Positions 8,240 to 16,389 of a stretch of 64,000 nt of DNA are shown here, in pieces. Source of the stretch: a bacterium (GTDB lineage Bacteria > Planctomycetota > Phycisphaerae > Phycisphaerales > UBA1924); assembly GCA_046339895.1 (NCBI GenBank), contig JBKDDT010000014.1:10567-74566 (forward strand), read 5' to 3'. The notes under the pieces were generated by a model. It ran no database searches. It had not been told where the DNA came from and saw only the letters and a list, made by a program, of their open reading frames with translations. The position numbers and the translations under genes were made by a program. Numbering within the stretch: position 1 is the stretch's first letter; every line of letters begins with the position of its first letter.

Positions 8240-10348
8240 ATGCAGAGCGTGCCTGGGCAGCTGTGGGTCTGGTTGATCCCCGGGCTGCCCATGCTGGCGG
8301 CAGTAGTGGCGGTCCTCTGTGCGATGTTGCGGGTGCGGAGCAAGTTCCCGGCTTATTTCACGGTGCTCTGCCTTGCCGGGGCGTTTGGCGTTACGCTCTG
8401 GATGTTTTTGCAGTTGCAGCAGGGTGGGCCGGGTGCGTATTGGGTGGTGCACCTGTTTGACTGGATCAACTTTAGCTGGCTGCCCGGCAAGGAGTTTGTT
8501 GCCAACTTTTCGCTCTACATCGACCCCTTGACGTGCCTGTGGATGCTGTTTGTTACCGGGTTGGCCGCGTGCATTGCGCTCTATGCAAGTGAGTACATGA
8601 GCCACGACCTGGGGGCGGGGTACTGCCGATTTTTCTTTGCCTTTGGGCTTTTCGTCTTCAGCATGGCCTGCCTGGTGATGGGGGACAACTTGCTGATGCT
8701 GTACCTGGGGTGGGAGGGTGTGGGGCTGTGCTCGTACCTGCTCATCGGGTACTTCTATCAAAAACCCGCGGCGGTGGCGGCGGCAAAGAAGGCGTTCATC
8801 GTCAACCGGATCGGCGACCTGGGCCTGGCCCTGGCCATCATGCTGATCTTTGTCAAGTTTGGCACCATCGAGTATGCCAAGCTCTGGCCCCTGGTGCAGG
8901 GGTATGTGGACCTGGCGCTGGCCGGGCACTTTGACCAGATCCCCATGAGCGTGCAGGCGATCGCGTACCTGTTGATCGTCGCGGCGTTTGGCAAGTCGGC
9001 GCAGTTGCCGTTGTATGTCTGGCTCCCCGACGCGATGGAGGGGCCCACGCCGGTGTCGGCGTTGATCCACGCGGCAACGATGGTCACGGCGGGCGTCTAC
9101 CTGATCGCGCGGATGATGCCGATCTTCCAGGCCAGCGAGCACGCGCTGTGGATCGTCGCGTGGGTCGGTGGTTTGACCGCGCTGCTGGCGGCGACGATCG
9201 CGATGGCGCAGTTTGATATCAAGCGGATCATGGCGTATAGCACGGTGAGCCAGCTGGGGTTCATGTTTGCTGGCCTTGGGGTGCTCACGAGCACGGGCGC
9301 GGCGTTCCATGTCTTTACGCACGCGTTCTTCAAGGCGACGCTCTTCCTGGCCTGCGGTGCGGTGATGCACGGCTTTGCCGGGCAGCTAGATTTGCGCAAA
9401 CTCTCGGGCGTGGCGTGGATGAAGGGGTGGGGGATCGTCGGCGCGGCGATGCTCGTCGGGTGCGTGAATCTGGCGGGCGTGCCGTTCACGGCTGGGTTTT
9501 TTAGCAAGGACATGATCCTGGCGCAGGCGTATGGGCACGAGGGGTTCAGGCCGCTGGCGATCGTGCTGCTGTTTACCGCGCTGCTGACGGCGTACTACAC
9601 GTTCCGGGTTTTCTTCAGGGTGTTTGTGGGGCCCAAGAGCTTTGAGCCGGGCGATGAGGTGCACGGGCATGACGACGGGCATGGGGACGCGCACGGGCAC
9701 GGGGATGACCATGGCAAGGGCCACGACCACTCCCAGAACAAGGGGCATCCGCACGGTGGCTTTGTGCCACACGCGCCGGGGTGGGCGATCAATACGGTGC
9801 TGGCGTTGCTAGCCGTCGCCTCGATCGCGGCGGCCTATGCCTATCCGACGCACTTTGTCGAGAACCTTGTGAACAACTCGACGGCACGGGTTGCCCATGC
9901 CAGCGGCGCGCACGGCGGGGGCCACGGCGGGCACGATGAGATCCTCGGTTACGACCTGCACACGGCGATGTACGTCATCTCGGGCACCATCGCGGTGCTG
10001 GGCATCGGGATTGCCTTTGTGCTGCACTATGCCGGCCGCAAGACCGCGGCGGTGAGCCTGGCCGATGCGGTCAAACTCGGGGCCATCCAGCGGTGGGCGC
10101 AGCACAAGTGGTATGTCGATGAGTTTTACGACATCACGATCCGGCTGCCACTGAAGTTCTTGGCCTATGTGCTGAGTTTCATCGACAAGTTCCTGGTCGA
10201 TGGGCTGGTGAACTTGGCTGGGTTGATCCCGAGGTGGATTGGCTCCCGGCTGAGGCCGACGCAGTCGGGGGAGCTGCACGGGTACGCGGTGGGGATGGCG
10301 ATTGGCATCTCGACGATCGGTCTGGTGGCGTTGTGGGTGTTGTGGTGA
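8240..10348 (+). CDS. nuoL: NADH-quinone oxidoreductase subunit L
   Basis: ATG 8240 gives MQSVPGQLWVWLIPGLPMLAAV, a typical NuoL start. ORF track start 8078 adds 54 non-conserved codons. WLPDAMEGPTPVSALIHAATMVTAGVYL motif. Long C-terminal lateral-helix region (KWYVDEFYD...). Confidence 0.9.
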   Translation: MQSVPGQLWVWLIPGLPMLAAVVAVLCAMLRVRSKFPAYFTVLCLAGAFGVTLWMFLQLQQGGPGAYWVVHLFDWINFSWLPGKEFVANFSLYIDPLTCLWMLFVTGLAACIALYASEYMSHDLGAGYCRFFFAFGLFVFSMACLVMGDNLLMLYLGWEGVGLCSYLLIGYFYQKPAAVAAAKKAFIVNRIGDLGLALAIMLIFVKFGTIEYAKLWPLVQGYVDLALAGHFDQIPMSVQAIAYLLIVAAFGKSAQLPLYVWLPDAMEGPTPVSALIHAATMVTAGVYLIARMMPIFQASEHALWIVAWVGGLTALLAATIAMAQFDIKRIMAYSTVSQLGFMFAGLGVLTSTGAAFHVFTHAFFKATLFLACGAVMHGFAGQLDLRKLSGVAWMKGWGIVGAAMLVGCVNLAGVPFTAGFFSKDMILAQAYGHEGFRPLAIVLLFTALLTAYYTFRVFFRVFVGPKSFEPGDEVHGHDDGHGDAHGHGDDHGKGHDHSQNKGHPHGGFVPHAPGWAINTVLALLAVASIAAAYAYPTHFVENLVNNSTARVAHASGAHGGGHGGHDEILGYDLHTAMYVISGTIAVLGIGIAFVLHYAGRKTAAVSLADAVKLGAIQRWAQHKWYVDEFYDITIRLPLKFLAYVLSFIDKFLVDGLVNLAGLIPRWIGSRLRPTQSGELHGYAVGMAIGISTIGLVALWVLW

Positions 10349-10396
10349 GTTGGTGGAATTTGTACGGACGGCCCTTTGTAGTGAGTTTGTAAACGC

Positions 10397-12133
10397 ATGT
10401 TGCTTGCACTGATATTCATCCCGATCGTGGCCGCGGCGTTGATCCCGCTGCTGGGCAAGCGGCAGGTCTTCTGGCTCGCGCTGGTCGGGACGCTGGTGCC
10501 GCTGGGCATCGGGCTGGTGATGCTGCTGGGGATGGGCGTTGATTGGCGCTCGCTGACGGGTGATGTCTTCACGCGGAGCATCCCGTGGATGCCCGAGTTG
10601 GGGCTGACGTTCAAGCTGGGTGTTGATGCCGTGAGCGGGTCGCTGATCTTGCTGACGCTGCTGCTCGGGCCGATCTGCGTGCTCTGCTCGAAGTCGGCGA
10701 TCACCGAGCGTGTGCGGACGTACTACGGGTGGCTGCTGGTGCTGCAGGGTGCGATGGTGGGGGTGTTTGCCGCACGGGATTTGGTGCTGTTTTACATCGC
10801 CTTTGAGTTCACGCTGATACCGATGTTCGTGCTCATCACGCTCTTTGGGAGCACCAACCGGCGTGCGGCGGGGATCAAGTTTTTCTTGTACACATTCACC
10901 GGCTCGATCATCGCGCTGGCCGGGTTGGTGTACATCGCGTGGTTCAACGCGACGAAGATCCAGCCCGGGGCGTTTGCCGGGGCGGGGGCATGGACGTTTG
11001 ACCTAGCGACGCTGCAGTCCGCGGCTAGGACGATCCCCCCGGGCACGCAGTGGTGGCTCTTCCTGGCCCTGATGCTCGGCTTTGCCGTCAAGGTCCCGTT
11101 GTTCCCGCTGCACACCTGGCTGCCCTTGGCGCACACCGAGGCTCCCACGGCCGGGTCGGTCGTGCTGGCCGGGGTGCTGCTGAAGCTTGGGACGTACGCG
11201 ATCTATGCCCTGGCGATCCCGATGCTGCCGGCCGGGGCGGTGCAGTTTGCCCCGGTGGTGGCGGTGCTGGCGATCATCGGGTTTGTCGCCATCGGGCTGG
11301 TCTGCTGGGTGCAGACGGACGTCAAAAAGTTGGTCGCGTATTCGTCGGTGGCCCACTTGGGCGTCTGCATGCTCGGGATGTTCGCGCTCAACCCCACGGG
11401 GTTCAAGGGTGCAGTCCTCTACATGCTCAACCACGGCCTGAGCACCGGCGCGCTCTTCCTGTGCATCGGGATGATGTACGAACGCTACCACACCCGCTCG
11501 ATGCTCGAAATCGGCGGCCTGGCCAAGAAGATGCCTGTGTGGGCGACGTTCGTCGTCTTCTTTGCGATGGCCAGCGTGGGGCTGCCGGGGCTCAACGGGT
11601 TTGTCAGCGAGTTCCTCTGCCTGCTGGGGGCCTGGCAGGCGAGCGATACGTGGCTGGCCGGGGGGTTCGTCGGCGGCACGCCCGGGGTGCTCGGGCCGGT
11701 GTACGTCGGCATCGCCGTGGTGGGGATGGTTGTCGGTGCGATCTACACGCTGCAACTGGTCGGCAAGATGGTCTTTGGCCCGCTCAAAACCCCGCATGGG
11801 GATGACCACGGGCATGGCCACGCTCACGCCCCGCACGCGGCCGCTGGCGAGCACGTCTGGCTGCCCACAGACCTGAACGCGCGGGAGATCATCACGCTGC
11901 TGCCGCTGGCGGCGCTCTGCCTGGCGCTCGGGTTGTTCCCCAAGCCGTTGTTGCAGGCCTTTGATTACTCGGCACAGCGGACGTATTCGATCGTCAACGA
12001 GGCACGCGAGCAGGTTCGGCTGCAGCAGGTCGATGCCCCGATCCCCCCGCTCGGGCCGGCGTCCACGCCCAGCGACCCGCCAGGGGCGCGCCCGTCTGGC
12101 ACAGGCCAGGGCAAGCCGGAGGTGCACCAGTGA
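10397..12133 (+). CDS. nuoM: NADH-quinone oxidoreductase subunit M
   Basis: ATG 10397. LHTWLPLAHTEAPTAGSVVLAGVLLKLGTY antiporter-like motif. Polytopic membrane protein, 48 nt after nuoL. Confidence 0.9.
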   Translation: MLLALIFIPIVAAALIPLLGKRQVFWLALVGTLVPLGIGLVMLLGMGVDWRSLTGDVFTRSIPWMPELGLTFKLGVDAVSGSLILLTLLLGPICVLCSKSAITERVRTYYGWLLVLQGAMVGVFAARDLVLFYIAFEFTLIPMFVLITLFGSTNRRAAGIKFFLYTFTGSIIALAGLVYIAWFNATKIQPGAFAGAGAWTFDLATLQSAARTIPPGTQWWLFLALMLGFAVKVPLFPLHTWLPLAHTEAPTAGSVVLAGVLLKLGTYAIYALAIPMLPAGAVQFAPVVAVLAIIGFVAIGLVCWVQTDVKKLVAYSSVAHLGVCMLGMFALNPTGFKGAVLYMLNHGLSTGALFLCIGMMYERYHTRSMLEIGGLAKKMPVWATFVVFFAMASVGLPGLNGFVSEFLCLLGAWQASDTWLAGGFVGGTPGVLGPVYVGIAVVGMVVGAIYTLQLVGKMVFGPLKTPHGDDHGHGHAHAPHAAAGEHVWLPTDLNAREIITLLPLAALCLALGLFPKPLLQAFDYSAQRTYSIVNEAREQVRLQQVDAPIPPLGPASTPSDPPGARPSGTGQGKPEVHQ

Positions 12134-13821
12134 CTGAGAAGTTGGCCACGCTCTGGCCTGAGATCATCCTGTTCACGTGCGCGTGTGTGGTGATGCTGCT
12201 GGGGTTGTCCGAGCGTCTGGGCGTTCGCCGGCTGTGCGCGCCCGTCAGCGCGGCGGGTTTGCTCATCGCCGGGCTCGTTGCCTTTTACAAAACCCCCGTT
12301 GACCCCGCAGCGATGCTGCCGAACTTGCCGGTCTTTGGCAAGGTGCTTGCTGCGGGTATTGGGCTCTTGATCCTGGGGCTGCTCACGGGCATCCCCGATC
12401 GCGACTATGAGGCCCGCGTCGCCCAGGGGCGGACGCGCTTTGACCCCAAGCGGACGATCCGCTCGGAGTTTTACGCCTTCTTCCTCTTTTCGATCACGGG
12501 CCTGATGCTCTGCGCGGGGGCGACGAACCTGATCTGGCTCTTCCTGGCCCTTGAGCTGACCAGCCTGCCGACGTATGTGATGGTGGCGCTGAGCACGCAG
12601 CGGGATAAGTCCCTCGAAGCGGCGGTGAAGTACTTCTTCCTCGGCGCGATGGCCGCGGCTGTTTTCCTCTTCGGGTTCGTCCTCCTCTACGGCGCGACCG
12701 GGAGTGTCGAGCTGGCCCAGATCGGCGCGACGCTCCGCCATCAGGCGAGCGTGGAGGGCGGGATCAACCCGATCGCCCTGGCCGGGTTGGTGCTGGGGAT
12801 CCTCGGGCTGTGCTTCAAGATCGCCGCTGTGCCGATGCATTTTTACACGCCGGATGTGTATCAGGGCGCGGCCAGCCCTGTGGCGGGGCTGCTGGCGTTT
12901 GTCCCCAAGGCCGCGGGGTTCTTCGCGCTCATGCTGCTGCTGACAGCACCCGGCTGGGGTTGGATGCAGCCCGGCGGGCCGGGGGGCGGGCACGGCGCGT
13001 TGCCGACACCGATCGGTGAGATCTTGGCGATCATCGCCGTGGCGAGCATGACCCTCGGCAACGTGCTGGCGATCATGCAGACGAGCGTCAAGCGTCTGCT
13101 GGCGTATTCGTCGATCGCGCACTCGGGGTACATGCTCGTGGCGCTGCTGGCCGGGCCGGGCAGGCCTGGGACACTCTTGCCTGAGAACGGTTTCTCGGCG
13201 ATTTTGTTCTACCTGCTCAGTTACGGGCTGACAAGCACCGCCGCGTTCGCGGTGCTGGCGCTGCTGGAACGCAAGGGGCCCGACGGGCAGGTGCACGAGG
13301 CCGACAACTTTGCCGATATCCGCGGCCTTCGCAAGAAACACCCCGCACTGGCGTGGGTGCTGGCGCTGTCGGCGCTCGGGCTGATGGGCTTCCCGCCGCT
13401 GCTCGGCTTCTTTGCCAAGCTCCCGCTCTTTGCCAGCGGCCTGGCCGGGGGGCATTTGGTGCTGGTGGTGATCTTGGGGTTGAACAGCGCGGTGGCAGCG
13501 TTCTATTACCTGCGCATCGTCTCGGCGGCGCTGCTCGAATCGCCCGACGCGTCGGGGCACGCCGAGGGCATGGTCCAGACACCCTTCCGAGGCCGGGCAC
13601 TGGCCGGGTATGTTGGCGTGCTGGCGATGGTGGTGTTGCCACTCTTGTCGGCAGGGAGTTTCTTGCACGTTACCCCGGCGTCGTGGGCGAGCTTCGGCGG
13701 CACGTACAAGGGCGTCGCCCCGCTGGCGATCGCGCCCCGCATGCCCTCGCCCGCCACGCCCATGGGTGCCGCACCCACCGGCGAGGGCCCGATGAGCGAG
13801 GATGCCCCTGCACGCCGGTAG
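12130..13821 (+). CDS. nuoN: NADH-quinone oxidoreductase subunit N
   Basis: GTG 12130 overlaps the nuoM stop (GTGA). PMHFYTPDVYQGAASPVAGLLAFVPKAAGF motif. Polytopic membrane protein with a ~70-aa low-complexity tail. Confidence 0.9.
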   Translation: MTEKLATLWPEIILFTCACVVMLLGLSERLGVRRLCAPVSAAGLLIAGLVAFYKTPVDPAAMLPNLPVFGKVLAAGIGLLILGLLTGIPDRDYEARVAQGRTRFDPKRTIRSEFYAFFLFSITGLMLCAGATNLIWLFLALELTSLPTYVMVALSTQRDKSLEAAVKYFFLGAMAAAVFLFGFVLLYGATGSVELAQIGATLRHQASVEGGINPIALAGLVLGILGLCFKIAAVPMHFYTPDVYQGAASPVAGLLAFVPKAAGFFALMLLLTAPGWGWMQPGGPGGGHGALPTPIGEILAIIAVASMTLGNVLAIMQTSVKRLLAYSSIAHSGYMLVALLAGPGRPGTLLPENGFSAILFYLLSYGLTSTAAFAVLALLERKGPDGQVHEADNFADIRGLRKKHPALAWVLALSALGLMGFPPLLGFFAKLPLFASGLAGGHLVLVVILGLNSAVAAFYYLRIVSAALLESPDASGHAEGMVQTPFRGRALAGYVGVLAMVVLPLLSAGSFLHVTPASWASFGGTYKGVAPLAIAPRMPSPATPMGAAPTGEGPMSEDAPARR

Positions 13822-13858
13822 CCGGTTGCAACCAGCGCGTCTGCGTACGATCTCGCCC

Positions 13859-14401
13859 ATGCGTCAGGTCATCCTCATCACCACCGGCGGGACGATCGAA
13901 AAAACCTACGACGAGCAGAGCGGCACGCTCGACAACCGCCGATCGATCGTCCGCAGGATGCTCCGCCGATTGCGGTTAGAAGACACGGCCGTCTCGACCA
14001 TCGAACTACTCAGCAAAGACTCCCTGGACATGACCGACGACGACCGCGCACGCGTCCTCGAAACCGTCGCGGCACAGGCCGGCCGAAACCCCCCGGCAGG
14101 GATCGTCATCCTCCACGGCACCGACACGCTCGCACAGACCGGCCAACTGCTCTACACAGGCCTGCAACACCTGACCGTGCCGGTGATCCTGACCGGTGCG
14201 ATGCGCCCCTACGAGATGACACGCAGCGACGCGCTGCAGAACCTGACAGAGGCACTCCTGGCGGCAAGCATCCTGCCAGCGGGCGTGTACTGCGTCGGCC
14301 ACGGGCGGGCGCTGGCCTTCCCCGGCGTGCACAAGGACCGGGTGCGGGGGACGTTTGTGCGGGGGGATGGGCAACCGGCAATGGGCAACCGGCAATCGTG
14401 A
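13859..14401 (+). CDS. Asparaginase/glutaminase N-terminal-domain protein (short, ~180 aa)
   Basis: ATG 13859 gives MRQVILITTGGTIEKTY (catalytic TGGTI motif), followed by ILHGTDTL. Only the N-domain length of a type I asparaginase is present. The last six codons (PAMGNRQS) lie in a tandem repeat. Confidence 0.65.
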   Translation: MRQVILITTGGTIEKTYDEQSGTLDNRRSIVRRMLRRLRLEDTAVSTIELLSKDSLDMTDDDRARVLETVAAQAGRNPPAGIVILHGTDTLAQTGQLLYTGLQHLTVPVILTGAMRPYEMTRSDALQNLTEALLAASILPAGVYCVGHGRALAFPGVHKDRVRGTFVRGDGQPAMGNRQS

Positions 14402-14491
14402 AATGCAGAAGTCAGACCCCGGAAGAAACAGACGCCAACGCACACCCCGCCGCGCCTATTGCCCATTGCCTACTCCCGATTGCCTATCCCC
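14367..14491. repeat. Heptamer-array hairpin element (GGCAAYN units), copy A
   Basis: Left: tandem 14-mer gggcaaccggcaat x2 (14368-14395). Right: cctattgcccattgcctactcccgattgcctatcc. 14377-14388 (ggcaatgggcaa) is perfectly complementary to 14459-14470 (ttgcccattgcc). Confidence 0.75.
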
Positions 14492-14960
14492 CAACCATCT
14501 CCCCCAACAAACCCCGCCACTCCGCATACACATACGGCACGGCGAACCTGTCGTGCAACGCCCGCAGGTCCAGCGTCAGCCGTTCGTACAGCTCGTGCTG
14601 CCACTCTTGCGATGAGCGGTCGCAGAAGTACAGCCGGCACCCCAAGGGCTTGCTGGCGTGCACGCCGCAGAGGTTTGCGACTTGGTACGGGCAACCCCCG
14701 GCTCGCAGCGCGGCGTCGATGCGCTCGCGTGCCGGGGCGCCGGCGCGGGTGAGCGTGTACGCCGCCTCCAGGCCCGTGCAATAGAGCAGGTGCCCGGTCT
14801 TGATGAAGTTGCAGCACCGCCCGCTCGCCCAGCACGACGGGGCACGGAGTTTGATCGCCGACGTGGCATCGGCGTAGATTTTTTCCAGTGCGCCCGCAAC
14901 CGGCCCGTCGCGCACGGCGGCAAACCAAGCGTCGCGGGCAAGTCGTGCGGGAGAGTCCAC
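14484..14960 (-). CDS. YkgJ/UPF0153-type cysteine-cluster (zinc/iron-chelating) protein
   Basis: The C-terminal ~130 aa of ORF 14484..15428 carry Cys clusters (SCWASGRCCNF, CPYQVANLCGVH, CRLYFC). The upstream part of that ORF overlaps the aminotransferase gene. No ATG is available, so the start is set at in-frame GTG 14960 and is uncertain. Confidence 0.55.
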   Translation of the reverse strand: MDSPARLARDAWFAAVRDGPVAGALEKIYADATSAIKLRAPSCWASGRCCNFIKTGHLLYCTGLEAAYTLTRAGAPARERIDAALRAGGCPYQVANLCGVHASKPLGCRLYFCDRSSQEWQHELYERLTLDLRALHDRFAVPYVYAEWRGLLGEMVGG

Positions 14961-14995
14961 CGGTGCGTGAGCGTATGCCCACGCCCGCGCCCCGC

Positions 14996-16024
14996 TCACC
15001 GACCTGCGCTGTCGAGCCAACGCTCCCACAACTGGCGCAGCGCGTGTGCCACCGGGCCGGGTTGGCCGCTGCCGATCTGCCGGCCCTCCACCCTCGACAC
15101 GGGCAGCACGCCCCACGATGAGTTCGTCAGCAGCACTTCGTCGGCCTCCAGCACGTCGCTGATCGTCAGCGGCCCGCGCCTGGCGCGGAGGTTGGCCAGC
15201 CCCGCGTGCGCCGACACGCCCAGCGAGATCCAGTCCAGAACCCGTGCGCGCGTAACCCCCGGCAGCACGCAACTCGGGATCATCCCCGCCGGCATTGGCG
15301 GTGGTGTGGCTTCCTGTTCGGGGTCGTCGGATGCTGGTGGTGGGCCATCGGCACCGAACGGTTCCTCCCCGCGTGCGGCGGGGGTTGTCGCCAGGCCATC
15401 CTTGATGACCACCGCGTTGCTCACGCAACCGCCGGCTAGGTGGTTGGTGATATCAAAGACGAGCGCTTCAGCCGCACCCTTGATGCCCGCGGTCTGCAAC
15501 GCACGCAACCGCCACCAGTAGTTGAGCGTCTTGTGCGACTCGAGCGGGTTGAACGGGTTCGCCCGCGCATCAGCCAGGCAGACGAGGACGCCCTCATCGA
15601 GCATCTGTCCCGGGTAACTCGTCGCCGGCTGCGCGACGATCAGGATCGTCGGCTCGATCGCCGAGCGCTGCGCGGGCTGCCCCGCCGAGCCCCGCGCTGC
15701 CAGGTTCAGGTCCCCGCCCGTAACCGTCAGCCGAACGCGCGCACGCGGCAAGTTGCTGCGCAGGACGGTGGCCAGCACAGCCTCGGCCAGCGCGGCCGCA
15801 CGCAGCCCGGGCCACAGGCCCGTCTGTGCCGCCGAGGTCGCCAGGCGATCGATGTGTGCGTCCAGGTCAATGACCCACGCCGAGGGATCGCCATCGCCGC
15901 GCGTGCGAACCCCACCGAGCATGGTCTCAAAGAGCCCGACGGCGTGCTGAAGCCCGGCGTCCAGCGCCGAGACCTTGGCATCGCCCGCCTCAACAAACCG
16001 CCCATTGCAGAAGACCGTCGCCAT
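14996..16024 (-). CDS. Class IV aminotransferase (IlvE/PabC/Dat family)
   Basis: MATVFCNGRFVEAGDAKVSALDAGLQHAVGLFETM N-terminus typical of fold-type IV PLP enzymes. 342 aa with a P/E-rich ~30-aa insertion (GEEPFGADGPPPASDDPEQEATPPP). Confidence 0.8.
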   Translation of the reverse strand: MATVFCNGRFVEAGDAKVSALDAGLQHAVGLFETMLGGVRTRGDGDPSAWVIDLDAHIDRLATSAAQTGLWPGLRAAALAEAVLATVLRSNLPRARVRLTVTGGDLNLAARGSAGQPAQRSAIEPTILIVAQPATSYPGQMLDEGVLVCLADARANPFNPLESHKTLNYWWRLRALQTAGIKGAAEALVFDITNHLAGGCVSNAVVIKDGLATTPAARGEEPFGADGPPPASDDPEQEATPPPMPAGMIPSCVLPGVTRARVLDWISLGVSAHAGLANLRARRGPLTISDVLEADEVLLTNSSWGVLPVSRVEGRQIGSGQPGPVAHALRQLWERWLDSAGR

Positions 16025-16326
16025 GCCGGGAGGTTAGCAAGCGGGGGTAGGTCGGCTCTCCGAGCCGACCATCATGGGCCGTGCGTCAGGACCATCAGGA
16101 GGCAAGAGAGTTTGTACTCCACAGGTCCAGAGGGGCCAGTGGGCAAATCACTCACAGAACTGAGCAGTAGAGGTTTGTACAGTCGTAAATCGGGGTTGGA
16201 TTCGGGGAGGCCTTCGGCCCCGGGAGGGCCGCGGGGTGTAGCCAAGCATGGAGCCCGCGCTTTGGCGGGCGCAACCCGTGGCGATGTGAACCACACCCAG
16301 CCACACCCAGCCTCTCCTCCGCGTCC

Positions 16327-16361
16327 CTTGGCCAACCCCCGCCCCCTCCGCGAACCTCTTC
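16327..16361. repeat. Partial REP-like copy (left half plus cgcgaacctcttc tail)
   Basis: cttggccaacccccgccccctccgcgaacctcttc. Shares cttggccaacccc with copy 2 and cgccccctc.ccgcgaacctcttct with 45486-45515. Confidence 0.5.
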
Positions 16362-16389
16362 TTTCAGGTGCTCGCGCAAGAAGTTCGTT

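Noticed and set aside
8030-13860. Long antisense ORFs across the nuo genes (8030..9370-, 11003..12127-, 11965..13860-).
   Set aside because: They overlap strongly recognisable NuoL/M/N coding frames. Arg/Pro/His-rich nonsense composition.
16085-16115. gtcaggaccatcaggaggcaag as the domain IV core of SRP (4.5S) RNA.
   Set aside because: It lacks the conserved GGAA tetraloop and the AGCA symmetric-loop sequence. The flanking sequence does not form the expected long helix.
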